A DNA stretch of 64,000 nt from Chiloscyllium plagiosum. Its lineage: Eukaryota. The translations under genes were made by a program, and so were the position numbers. The notes under the pieces were generated by a model that saw only the letters and a list, made by a program, of their open reading frames with translations, made no database searches and was not told the DNA's origin. Each line of letters starts with the position of its first letter. Positions within the stretch are counted from its first letter, which is position 1. Location: contig NC_057720.1 in NCBI RefSeq assembly GCF_004010195.1, forward strand, positions 1,828,418 to 1,892,417, read 5' to 3'. This document shows positions 53,361 to 64,000 of this stretch, piece after piece.

Positions 53361-53773
53361 CGGGTACCAAGAGTGGAGTGATTAAAATCAGGGCATGGTC
53401 AAGCAGCCTCTGGCCAATGAGAGGACAGCAGAGATCAAGGAGGAACATGGGCTCTCAGAGATTACAGCCCCTGATAGTGGAAGACCCTTTGGGTACATCT
53501 GCCACCTCCATCCTCTTTCCCAATGGACATCAACAGCCCAAAGAAAACCACCAGGTAACTGCATGAGAAGGATTTCAAACCAGTGACTGGATTGGCCACA
53601 GCCAGACGTGAGCTCGTGCACGTCAGTGAGAGAGAGGAGACAGGGGAACGGGACTTGGTGCTGGGTAGGAGCCCCTGACCAAACACCTACACCATTTCAT
53701 TAACCTCCCGGACATTTCGGTAAATTCTCTCGTGCTATCGGAATGTTGTGCAGGACAGAAGCAGATCACCAAC

Positions 53774-53822
53774 CTGCTGTGAATTGGTCCCTTGAACGTT
53801 GGATCAAATCTCCGAGGCTCTC
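53774..53822 (-). CDS. SLC44A5: Choline transporter-like protein (SLC44/CTL family), most 5' coding exon found (49 bp)
   Basis: Reverse complement reads tctctttcag|GA GAG CCT...CAC AGC AG|gttggt, giving (G)EPRRFDPTFKGPIHS(R), the conserved CTL N-terminal motif. Its phase joins the next exon. Confidence 0.92.
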
Positions 53823-54531
53823 CTGAAAGAGACAGAAATTAAAACTCACTCACAAAAATCATCTAGCAAAGTCAGAGAATCACACTACACTACTCAGCCC
53901 ATATGTCTGTGCTGGCATTTTCAAAGATTTATCCAACTCCCACTTCCTTCTATTTTCACAATTCTCTGAAAATTATCCCGTATCAACAATACACCCAATT
54001 CCTGATAAGGAGCATCAGAGGATCATCACTAAACAAACAAAAATCCAACAAACTGCAGATGCTATAAATCAGAAACAAAAACAAAAACAGAATGTGCTGG
54101 AAAAGCTCAGCAGGTCTGGCAGCATCAGTGGAGAGAAAGCAGAGTAAATGTTTCAGGCCCAGAGACCCTTCTTCAGAGCTGGTCATTATTGCTTTGACCT
54201 GGGAACACCTCACCCCCAAGAACCATCCCAAGCTGCAGCAGACACAGGGACCGATTTCAAGGTCATGTGGAGGATAAATGTGACATGCAGAACACAACCT
54301 CTGCCAAAATACACAGACCAGATGCTTTGAAATGTCGAGCAAGAGATCAATATTCAGTTTCATTTGTTTTCCTCTGTTCTGATTGTAATTAAGTTATCTG
54401 GCATCAATCTGACCATTAAACAGGAGGGCACAGCAAGCGTGGGTCTGATATAAAAAACGTGTGAATTCAAGACAGAAAACCTGATCAGATCTCTCTCTCC
54501 CCAGTTGTGTTAATGTAGCACACCCACCAAG

Positions 54532-55250
54532 ACAACCTGCATTTATATAGCACCTTTAATCACATCATGACATGCCAAAGCTTTGTAAAAGCAAAGGAAA
54601 TGCTTCGTAAATGGTCTCACTGTCATAATCTCGAATCCAATTCATGACAAGCAAGCTACCACAAACAGCAATGTGACTCCAAATGGATTCTCAGTTTGAA
54701 TGATGCTGCCTGAAGGGACCAATACTGTGGAACACACAAGGGAGAACTTGCATGTACGTTTTCCCTCAATACTGACCCTCTGACAGTGCAGCACTCCCTC
54801 AGTACTGATCCTCTGACAATGTGGCACTCCCTCAGCACTGACCCTCTGACAGTGCGGCACTCTCTCAGTACTGACCCTCTGACAGTGCAGCACTCCCTCA
54901 GCACTGACCCTCTGACAGTGTGGCACTCCCTCAGTACTGACCCTCTGACAGTGTGGCACTCCCTCAGCACTGACCCTCTGACAGGGCAGCACTCCCTCAG
55001 CATTGACCCTCTGACAGGGCAGCACTCCCTCAGCATTGACCCTCTGACAGGGCTGTACTCCCTCAGCACTGACCCTCTGACAGGGCAGCACTCCCTCAGC
55101 ATTGACCCTCTGACAGGGCTGTACTCCCTTAGCACTGACCCTCTGACAGGGCAGCACTCCCTCAGCACTGCATGATCTTGACCATGTTCCAGTCATTTGG
55201 GGAATTGAACCCAAACTCTTCTGACTTCCCTGAGCTCCAGCCGGTGCTGT
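54532..55250 (-). mobile_element. Deu-domain-type SINE remnant hosting a 33-bp array; tail remnants also near 12140-12290, 28520-28740 and 29150-29330
   Basis: Minus strand order: B-box-like GGGTTCAATTCC, TGCAGTGCTGAGGGAGTGCTGC, the array, CATTGCTGTTTGTGGTAGCTTGC, and a GGTGCTATATAAATGCA tail. The family match is from recalled consensus only. Confidence 0.6.
54762..55171 (-). repeat. 33-bp minisatellite array 4
   Basis: Same unit and orientation as array 2. Confidence 0.97.
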
Positions 55251-56747
55251 GGAATGCAGTTTCACATCTTGTGGTGCGATTGAAACTCTGACATCTCGGC
55301 TGGTGTCATCAGGGACAGAGTGATATTCCTGACTACATGCTGTCCCAGAGCGCGGTGTGAGAGAGACCTGCGACTTCTGGTTTTGTTCCTCACCAGGTCA
55401 TGGTTACATTATGAGGACCTGCGCATAAATGAGACACGTGTTTCCTGGAGTATTGGATGGTGGAAGGATTTAAAAATTAAAAGCTTCAGTAAGATAGATT
55501 TGAAGAGACCCTTTCCTCTGGTGGGACATTGCTAGAACAATGGGAGCCAATCTGATATAAACACTAAGAAACTCAGCTGGTCTGGCAACATCTGTGAAGG
55601 GTGAAACAGAGTTAAGATTTCAGGTTGAATATGGCCCTTCTTCAGAGTTCAAATTCTGATGAAAGCTGCTTTCTGCAGTTTGACTTTCCTAATGCGAGGA
55701 GTGGCTGCATTTCGGGAGTTGAGGAGGGGCTAAGGGCTTAAAGAAACAGTCTATTCTCTTGATTAACCCACACCTCAAGACCTCCTTCTGTCTCCTTGCA
55801 ATCACATCGAGCAACAAAGCAACAAGGTTTTACTCGAACACTGATAAACCCAAGAGTTGGATTTCATTAGATATCTTGTTGGGACATGGTGCCGTCATGG
55901 TAACATCACTGTGTTATGGATCTTGAAACTCAGCTCTTTCTCTGGGGGCTCGTGTTCAATCTACAGTCCTAAGTATTTGGTGGTAATTAAGAGCCATTAA
56001 TAAATCTGAAAATTACTGTGAGATGTAGAAGCAGCAGTCGGCTATTCTGCCCATCGAGTCCGCTCTGCCATTCAATGGGATCATGGCTGATCTGATAATC
56101 CTTAACTCCACTTTCCCGCCTTTTCCTCATATTAGAAGCTAATCTCTGCAAGGATGAGCATGAAACTTTCATCAATTGTTGCAGTAAATCAACTGGGTCA
56201 CTCATGTTCTTCGGGGAAGGAAATCTGCCATCCTTACGTGGTCTGGCCTACATGTGACTCTAGACCCACATCAAGGTGGTTGACCCTTAACTGCCCTGTG
56301 AAACAGCTGAGCAATCCATTCAGTTTAAGGGAATCTGGGAAGGGGGGGCAAAATGCTGGCGTTGTCAGCGGTACCTAAATCCCAATGAATATTTAAGAAG
56401 AAATTCATTGTGTTACACTGACACAGTGGGTACAGGGGAGGTTAACCGGGACACAACTAGTGATATGAACCTTCGGTAATGAAAGAGAAATTAGGTCTGT
56501 CCTCCTTGGAACTGGGATGATGAAGGGTAACTTAGCAGCAGTTTGTAGGAAGAGAAGGAGAGGTTTCAATGGAGGAATAAGTGAAAACGGGTGAGTGGGA
56601 CACCACATTAAATCATCAATTTCAACCTCATGAACAACAGAAGGGAGAAGAGACAAAATGTTTTTCCTCAGAGTTGTCAGACTTTGGGATTCTCGACCAG
56701 AAGAGATACTGGCAGCTGCTTCCGGAAGTAACGGCCAAAGGGACAGT

Positions 56748-57277
56748 ACATAGAACATAGAAGAATACAGCGCAGTACAGGCCCTTGGGCCCTCGATGTT
56801 GCGCCGATCCAAGCCCACCTAAACTACACTAACCCACTATCCTCCATATACCTATCCAATGCCCTCTTAAATGCCCATAAAGAGGGAGAGTCCACCACTG
56901 TTACTGGCAGGGCATTCCATGAACTAACGACTCGCTGAGTGAAGAACCTACCCCTAACATCAGTCCTATATCTACCCCCCCTTAATTTAAAGCTATGCCC
57001 CCTTGTAATACCCGACTCAATACGCGGGAAAAGGTTCATACTGTCGACCCTATCTAACCCCCTAATCATCTTGTACACCTCAATCAAGTCACCCCTAAAC
57101 CTTCTTTTCTCTAGTGAAAACAGCCCCAAGTGCCTCAGTCTTTCCTCATACGATTTTCCTTTCATACCAGGCAACATCCTGGTAAACCTCCTCTGCACCC
57201 GTTCCAATGCCTCCACATCCTTCCTATAGTATGGCGACCAAAACTGCACACAATATTCCAGATGCGGCCGTACCAGA
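56748..57277 (-). mobile_element. CR1 LINE 3' fragment
   Basis: ORF 56824-57249 is a CR1 ORF2 C-terminus, followed by a (TTCTATG)n-type tail. Confidence 0.9.
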
Positions 57278-57765
57278 CATTGGTTAGCAATGCTGCCTCA
57301 CAGTACTAGGGTCCTGGGTTCAATCCCACCCTCTAGATTAGAGTGGTGCTGGGAAAGCACAGCAGGTCAGGCAGCATCAAGGAGCAGGAAAATCGACATT
57401 TCAGGCAAAAGCTCTTCATCAGGAAAGACTTTTGCCCAAAATGCCAATTTTCCTGCTCCTCGGATGCTGCCTGACCAGTTGTGCTTTTTCTAGTATGACT
57501 CTAATCTAGACTCTGGTTTCCAGCATCTGCAGTCCTTGTTTTTACCTACTCAATCCCACCCTCGGGCAACTGTCTGTGTGGGTTACCTCCCACAGTCCAA
57601 AGATGTGCAGGTCAGGGTGAATTGGCCATGCATGCTAAATTGCCCATAGTGTCCGGGGTGTGCAGCCTAGGTGGATAAGCCATGGGAAATGTGGGGTTAC
57701 GGGGATAGGGGGGATGCCCTTTGGAGGGTTGGTATGCTTCCACACTGTAGGGATTCTATCATTCT
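57278..57765 (+). mobile_element. HE1-type SINE interrupted by a PLE-derived insert
   Basis: Head at 57278-57333; the body resumes at 57564 after the TSD. Confidence 0.8.
57334..57549. mobile_element. Palindromic PLE-derived insert with a 14-bp TSD, inside an HE1 SINE
   Basis: TCAATCCCACCCTC occurs at 57320-57333 and 57550-57563. The arms are inverted and the hammerhead core is decayed. Confidence 0.8.
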
Positions 57766-59819
57766 GTGAAGGTTGAACATGTTCTTGAACAAACGTACAG
57801 TGTTACAAAGGGGAAAAAAAAGGGTTTGGTCAAATGACAAATCTGCGTGCTCTTTCAAAGAACCAGTGTAAACATGAAGGCTGAATGACCTCTCCTGAAT
57901 GATTGGACAATTTCTGTGAGGGCAGAGTTCTTAAACAAATATATTGAGTACAATTGCGTTAAACAAGTAGCACAGCATGACGGAACACTCCCAGTGATAA
58001 ACACACCGGCTGCTTCACCTTTATCTGTCGACCCAGAAGCCCTGGCTTGGCTGTACTAACTGTGTTATCGCTTCATTAAAAGCTTCAAAAGAAAGCCCAG
58101 CAGTGACCGAGAACAGGGTGTTTACCCACACCATTTGAAAGCAAGGCAAGACTCAGACCTGCCTTCTTCAGAACAAAACATGGATCAGAGAGTTTGCAGA
58201 TCAAAAAGAACTCCTCTTGTTCTGCTTGCTCACAGTGAAGGGCAAATGTGTCTCTTCCTCGATCTATCAGCACAAGAGGAACCTTCAGAACTCTACAGGC
58301 TGGCTTCCATTTTCTCAACCTGTGTTCAAAACACATTTTGAACGGGGGCGACTTGTACAACATAGCTATAGACTGCCTATGAGTCTTCAAGAAAAACATT
58401 CTTGGGATATTTCTGCCATAATAAAAGCACAAGAGGAAACTTATGCTCATAGAACATAGAAAGGAGGCCAATCATCCCCTTAAACCTGCTCCACCATTTC
58501 AATCATGGCCTTTGGCCAATATAAGGCCATAAGACATAAGAGCAGAAATTAGGGCATTCAGCCCATTGAGTAAACTCTGCCATTCAATCATGGCTAACAA
58601 GTTTCTCAACCCCATTTTCCTGCTTTCTCCCCATAACCCTTAGTCCCCTTGATACTCAGGAACCTCTCTCTATCTCAGTCTTAAATATACTCAATAACCT
58701 GGCCTCCACAGCCTTCAGTGGCAATGAATTCCATAGATTCACCACTCTCTGGCTGAAGAAGTTTCTCCTTATCTATGTTCTAAAGGGTCTTCCCTTTACT
58801 ATAATATTGTGCCCTCGGCTCCTAGTCTCTCCTATCAATGGAAACATCTTCCCAACATCTACTCTGTCCAGGCCATTCAGCATGCTGTATATTTCAATCA
58901 GATTCCTACCCCCATCCTTCTAAACTCCATCGAATATTGACCCAGAGGCCTCAAACATACCTCACACGTGAAGCCTTTCATTCCTGGGATCACTCTCGTG
59001 AACCTGCTCCAGGGCCAGTACGTCCTTCCTGAGGTATGGGGCCTAGAATTGCCCACAATACTCCAAATGTGGTCTGACCACATTCCCTTAATACCTTTGC
59101 TTAACAAAGATTTAGCTATTTCAGATTAAAATTACCAACTGATGAAGCATCCATTTCGTTTGTGGAAGAGATTTCCAAACGTCTCCCTCTTTGTGTGTCT
59201 AACTGCTTCCTAACATTTCTCCTGGACAGTCTGGCCCTAATTCCCAGATTGTGCCTCTAGTTCTAGAATCTCTAATCAATGGGAATAGTTTATCATCCTT
59301 CCTGAGGTCTTTAAAAACGAGACAGTTCATTTTTTTTATTATTTTCTTTGAACATTTCAGTTGATTTATGAGAACAATATCAGGGGTGCAATAAACTTAG
59401 CTTGGAAATTTTTTGGAAGTCAGATGTCATGTGAGGTAACCTCTAGGAATGTGTTTAACCCCCATTGGCAACAATGAAGTTCCATGTTATTTCAAAGCAC
59501 TAGGACAGCACAGTATTTTCAAATTGTTGTACCTCCTTCAGCGACCATTCTGTGTTCTGATTCTGGTTAAAAGTGTCACCTCCCCAAACCCCACCTTCTC
59601 GTCTGAATCATTCACAGCAATCCTCACCCTCAGGCTGGAATGGCTGATACCATTCAAATGGACAGAGACCATTCAGCAAATGGACTAAATCTTAGCAGAT
59701 GGAATATAATGTGCGGGAAAGTGAGTTGATGCACTTTGGCAGGAAGAACAGAGGAGCAGAGTATTATTTAAATGGAGGAAGACTGCAGAAAGCTACAGAA
59801 TAGAGAGATTTGGTAGCAC

Positions 59820-60630
59820 AAAGAACAAAGAAAACTTACAGCCCAGGAACAGGCCCTTCAGTCCTCCAAACCTGAGCCGATCCAAATCCACTGTCTAAAC
59901 CTATCACCCAATTCCTAAGCATCTGTATCCCTTTGCTCCCCACTGACTCATGCAGCTGTTCAGATGCACCTTAAATGAATCTACCGTGCCTGCCTCTACC
60001 ACCTCTGCTGGCAATATGTTCCAGGCACTTGCCACCCTCTGTGTAATGTACTTGCCGCGTGTATTCCCCTTAAATTATTCTCTTCTCACCTTGAAAGTGT
60101 GACCTCTCGTTATTGAATCCCTCACCCTGGGAAAAAGCTTGTCTCCATCCACCCTGTCTATACCCTTCATGATTTTGTAAACCTCAATCAGGTCCCCCCT
60201 CAATCTCCTTTTTTCTAATGAAAACAAACCTAACCTACTCAACCTCTCTTCATAGCTAGCACCTTCCATACCAGGCAACATCCTCGTAAACCTTCTCTGC
60301 ACCCTCTCCAAAGCGTCCACATCCTTTTGGTAACGTGGCAACCAGAACTGTACACAGTATTCTAAATGCTGCTGAACCAAAGTCTTGTACAATTTTAACA
60401 TGGCCTGCCAGGTCTTATACTCAATACCCCGTACGATGAAGGCAAGCCTACCATATGCCTTATTGACCACTCTACCCACCTGTGCAGCAACCTTCAGGGT
60501 ATAATGGACCTGAGCTCCCAGATCTCTCTGCTCATCAACTTTTCCCAAGGCTCTTCCGTTTACTGTATAATTCGCTCTAGAATTAGACTTCCCAAAATGC
60601 ACCACCTCACATTTGCCTGGATTGAACACT
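59820..60630 (-). mobile_element. CR1 LINE 3' fragment nested in an older CR1
   Basis: ORF 60075-60653 reads [34 protein letters not shown]. Confidence 0.9.
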
Positions 60631-61054
60631 GTAAGTACTTGTCCAAAAATCACAAAAAACTAGCATCTAAATTTACTGGGAAATGGGGAAGGGAAATGAA
60701 TTGTTGGACTTTATTTTAAAATTTTAAGAATTTTAAAAATTTAACATAAAAATTGAGCAGTTTTGCTAAAACTGTATCAGGCACTAAAGGAATTACAGGT
60801 TATGGAGAAAAGGCAGAAAAGTGGAGTTGAGGATGATCAGATCAGCCGTCATCTCACTGAATGGCAGAGCGGACTCGATGGACTGAAAGGTCCACTTCAT
60901 CTCCTGGGTTTTATGCTGTTGTTCTTAATAACCACTGCAAGCTCTTTTCTCACCTCAAAGTACTAATCATCAAATTAACTATCAGGAAGATTGAAGCCAC
61001 ACTTTTCAGACCCCACTCCAAATTCGGTTCCCCAACAGAAGAAAAACCAAAAGA

Positions 61055-61240
61055 AATGTGGATGCTGTAAATCAGCAACAAAAATAGAAAACTCAGCAGG
61101 TCTGGCAGCATCTGTGGAGAGAAATCAAAGTTAACGTTTCAGGTTTGAGGAAGGGTCACTTAACCCGAAACATTAACTCTGATTTCTCTCTACAAATGCT
61201 GCTGATCTGCTGAGCTTTTCCAGCAATTTCTGTTTTCCTT
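61055..61240. mobile_element. Older palindromic PLE-derived repeat (family B); relatives near 23905-24020, 37670-37800, 38985-39150, 54050-54180 and 55560-55660
   Basis: Inverted arms CTCAGCAGGTCTGGCAGCATCTGTGGAGAGAAATC.. with a decayed TGAGGA-A-GGGTC..ACCC-GAAACATT core. Confidence 0.6.
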
Positions 61241-61349
61241 TCTATTCTCCAATAATTGACCCCATCCCCCTTCCTGGCAATAGTCTCAGATTAAGCCAAA
61301 AACAAAAACAGACGTTGCTGGAAAAGCCAATCTGTTCACAACTTGGTGC

Positions 61350-61860
61350 TACATTTGATCCTGAGATAAGCTTCCAAGTTTACATTCACACCATCACCAT
61401 CTATTTCCATCTCTGCCCCTTTCTCAGTGATTCTGCTGCTGAAACTCTCAATCATGCTTGAGACTAGATTATTCTGATGACCAATGGCTGGGCTCCCACA
61501 TTCGACCTTCCATAAACTCGGAGTCATCCGAAACTCTGCTACCGATTCCCGTTCCAATAGCGACCCACACTAGCTCCCAGCCAAGCAACAATCTGATGTT
61601 AGAATTACCATCCTTGCTTTCTGATCCATCCATGGCCTTGCCTCTCTCTGTCTCTGGAATCTCCTTCAGCCTCACAGCTCTCAGATATTCTCCCTCCTCT
61701 AATTCTGGCCTCCTTTGCATCTTCAGTTGTAATCATTCCACTAGTGGTGGCTATTCCTTGAGTTGCCCAGGTCCAACCCTCTGAAACGAATTCCCTACTT
61801 CACCTCCTAGACAGTTCTCAAAACATATCTTTTTAAACACGCCATCTAATACCTCTGAAA
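61350..61860 (+). mobile_element. L2-type LINE 3' remnant
   Basis: RLDYS motif in ORF 61458, followed by an L2-like 3' region. Confidence 0.5.
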
Positions 61861-62776
61861 AGTGTTATAACCAGGAGAGACAGAAGGAATTGGTTCCTCT
61901 GTTATTAACTCCCTCTTGGTCAATTGCAATAAATACTCAGTAGTGAAAGAAAGAGGAATTTTATTCCCTGTTAATCCTGGAAAATTAATAAAACACAACT
62001 TCATACACACACACACACACAAATACAGGTAATAAGCTTAAAAGGGAAACTGTCTGCTATAGACAGGGTTACACCATCAAACAGCCCATGGAGTCTCTGA
62101 GGTGTTAGATTTTAAACTCATGGCCACTGTCAATTCATTGCTGATTTGTATCTGTAGCAGTTGCAGAATAAATAGGAATTCCGAGTTCCTGATGAATGGT
62201 TGTGTTTTCAAGTTGCCTTTTCTCTGGGTATTGGTTTTCCACATGATGAAAGAAACAGACATTTTCAGAGACAGTTCCAGCCCTTGGTGTCACCAATTTA
62301 TTTTTCCTTCTCTCTGCTTTGCTGTTCATAAAGCAGCTGTTGAAATACAGTCTACTGTGCATTCCAAAGTCTGGCTCCATAGTTTTTACAAGCTGGATAA
62401 TTCCCAGTATGTGGAATTGTCATAGACATGCGAATGAATACAGTTAAGCAGATTTCTTGGCGCTGTCTCTGTTTCCTGGTTTCATCTTCTTTAAGTAAAA
62501 ATGCTTATGTATATACAAATGAATTTGTTAATTTACATGGATCTTCCAAACCTTGCATCAGTCTGTGGTCAGGTGAGGACTGCAGCCATTGTAAACCCAC
62601 TTTAGTCCATGAAAGATCTCAGAAAAATGAAAGCACACCAACATCTCTATTTTCTCAGGAGACTAAGGAAATTCAACATATCCATAGAGACTCTTTACCA
62701 ACGTTTATAGATGCACTATAGAAAGCATTCTATCCAGTTGCATCACAGTTACCTTTCATGCTTTTAGGGAGAGGAA

Positions 62777-63110
62777 GTAGCACAGTGGTAGTGTCACTGA
62801 ACATATAATCCAGACCTTCAGGCTGATGTTTTGAGGACATGGGTTTGAATCCCACCCATGAGGATGGTGAAATTTGAATTCAATAAAAACTACAATAAAA
62901 GAAAGTTTAGCTAATGGCAAACCATGGACCATCTCCCTCCCTAATGTTCTTCAGGGAAGGAAATCTGCCATCCTTACCTGGTCTGGCCTACGTGTGACTC
63001 CAGACCCATTGCAATGTGGTTGACTCTGAACTGCCCTCTGGGCAATTAGGGATGGGCATTAAATGCTGAGCTAGCCAGTGATACCCACATCCCGTGAGTG
63101 AGTAAAAGAA
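62777..63110 (+). mobile_element. Second tRNA-derived SINE family; minus-strand copies near 376-680, 23550-23890, 33460-33975 and 48835-49165
   Basis: A box TAGCACAGTGG and B box GGTTTGAATCC. Its 3' tail (GGGCAATTAGGGATGGGCA..GCCAGTGATACCCACATCCC) resembles the LINE end at about 5620-5805. Confidence 0.75.
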
Positions 63111-63774
63111 ATTCCATGAATGGCACTATGTAATCACAAGTTGTTGTTGAACAATTGCACACTTGGCTCTGTAGTCACACACTCTGTCCATTACTGGTGT
63201 CCTTCTCCAACTCCTTCACATTGAGCAGGAGCTTGTAATGATCTGGAAGCATTTTACACCATCAAAATGTCCCGATTTGACATTAGCCAGTGAAGGAGAC
63301 CTTACAGCAACTCACAGATTCTTTAGTTAAGGAGGTCAGATAGAGAGTGTTGTAGAGGAGGAGGAGAAGATTTTACAAAGTTTTTACATCATGAAATCCA
63401 TAGAACAAAAAGAAAACCTAAAAACAACTCAAATGGGGCCAGAAATCAACCTTAATCAAACAACCTGCACAATCGCAGGGCATTCCAAAGTATTGCGCAG
63501 CCAACAATGTACTTTGGGAACACATTCACTGCTGAGCTGTTTCTGATCAGTTTCCTTGCACACTGTAACTTCAGTAAATTCCACAATCTCCCCACTGTCT
63601 GGGGCAAGATGTTTCTCCTGAATTCATTTGAAAATTAGAATCCGTACAGTGTGGAATCAGGCCCTTCAGCCCAACCAGTCTACATCGACCCTCCAAAGAG
63701 TAACCCACCCAGACCTATTCCCCCCTACCCTATATTTACCCCTGACTAATGCACCTAACCTACACATCCATGAT

Positions 63775-64000
63775 TATTGTTGTGGTTCTGTTCGCCGAGC
63801 TGGCAATTTTTGTTGCAAACGTTTCGTCCCCTGTCTAGGTGACATCCTCAGTGCTTGAGAGCCTCCTCTGAAGCGCTTCTGTGGTGTTTTCTCCGGCATT
63901 TATAGTGGCCTGTCCCTGCCGCTTCCGGTTGTCTATAAATGCCGGAGGAAACACCACAGAAGCGCTTCACAGGAGGCTCCCAAGCACTGAGGATGTCACC
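63775..64000. mobile_element. Probable PLE terminal repeat in inverted arrangement (family C), adjoining an HE1 SINE fragment
   Basis: 63838-63905 is the reverse complement of 63933-64000, and the element carries a hammerhead motif. Confidence 0.65.
63815..63854 (-). ncRNA. Hammerhead motif of an unrelated family (family C)
   Basis: Reverse complement reads GCA-CTGAGGA-T-GTC A CCT AGAC AGG G GAC-GAAA-CG-TT-TGC. Stem I is GCA/TGC and stem II is GTC/GAC plus CCT/AGG. An inverted copy starts at 63987 and is cut by the window edge. Confidence 0.72.

Noticed and set aside
58018..58051. Possible small upstream exon (ag|CCAAGCC..ATAAAG|gtgaag, minus strand)
   Set aside because: There is no polypyrimidine tract, the donor is weak, and it has no recognisable SLC44 similarity.
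62030..62720. Non-repetitive-looking stretch with short ORFs as a candidate first exon
   Set aside because: All minus-strand frames stop before a plausible phase-1 donor, and no protein is recognisable.

Overview
This is repeat-dense vertebrate genomic DNA. HE1-type SINEs, CR1 tails and Deu-domain SINEs point to a cartilaginous fish, most likely a shark (inference). The one host gene I can support is a choline transporter-like gene, best matching SLC44A5, on the minus strand. Seven GT-AG exons (53822 down to 10647) join in phase into about 200 aa of its N-terminal region. The start-codon exon and the downstream exons were not found. The introns hold CR1/L2 LINE fragments, tRNA-derived SINEs, a deleted Gypsy LTR element, Penelope-like element (PLE) remnants, and minisatellites that expanded inside retroelements. 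The most notable hidden signal is a set of minimal type-I hammerhead ribozyme motifs (CUGANGA-N-stem II-GAAACGUH) from at least three PLE families. They sit in short, often palindromic inserts flanked by target-site duplications (TSDs), and several are in the sense orientation of the host pre-mRNA. Four 33-bp arrays alternate in orientation around coding exons. There are three assembly gaps.
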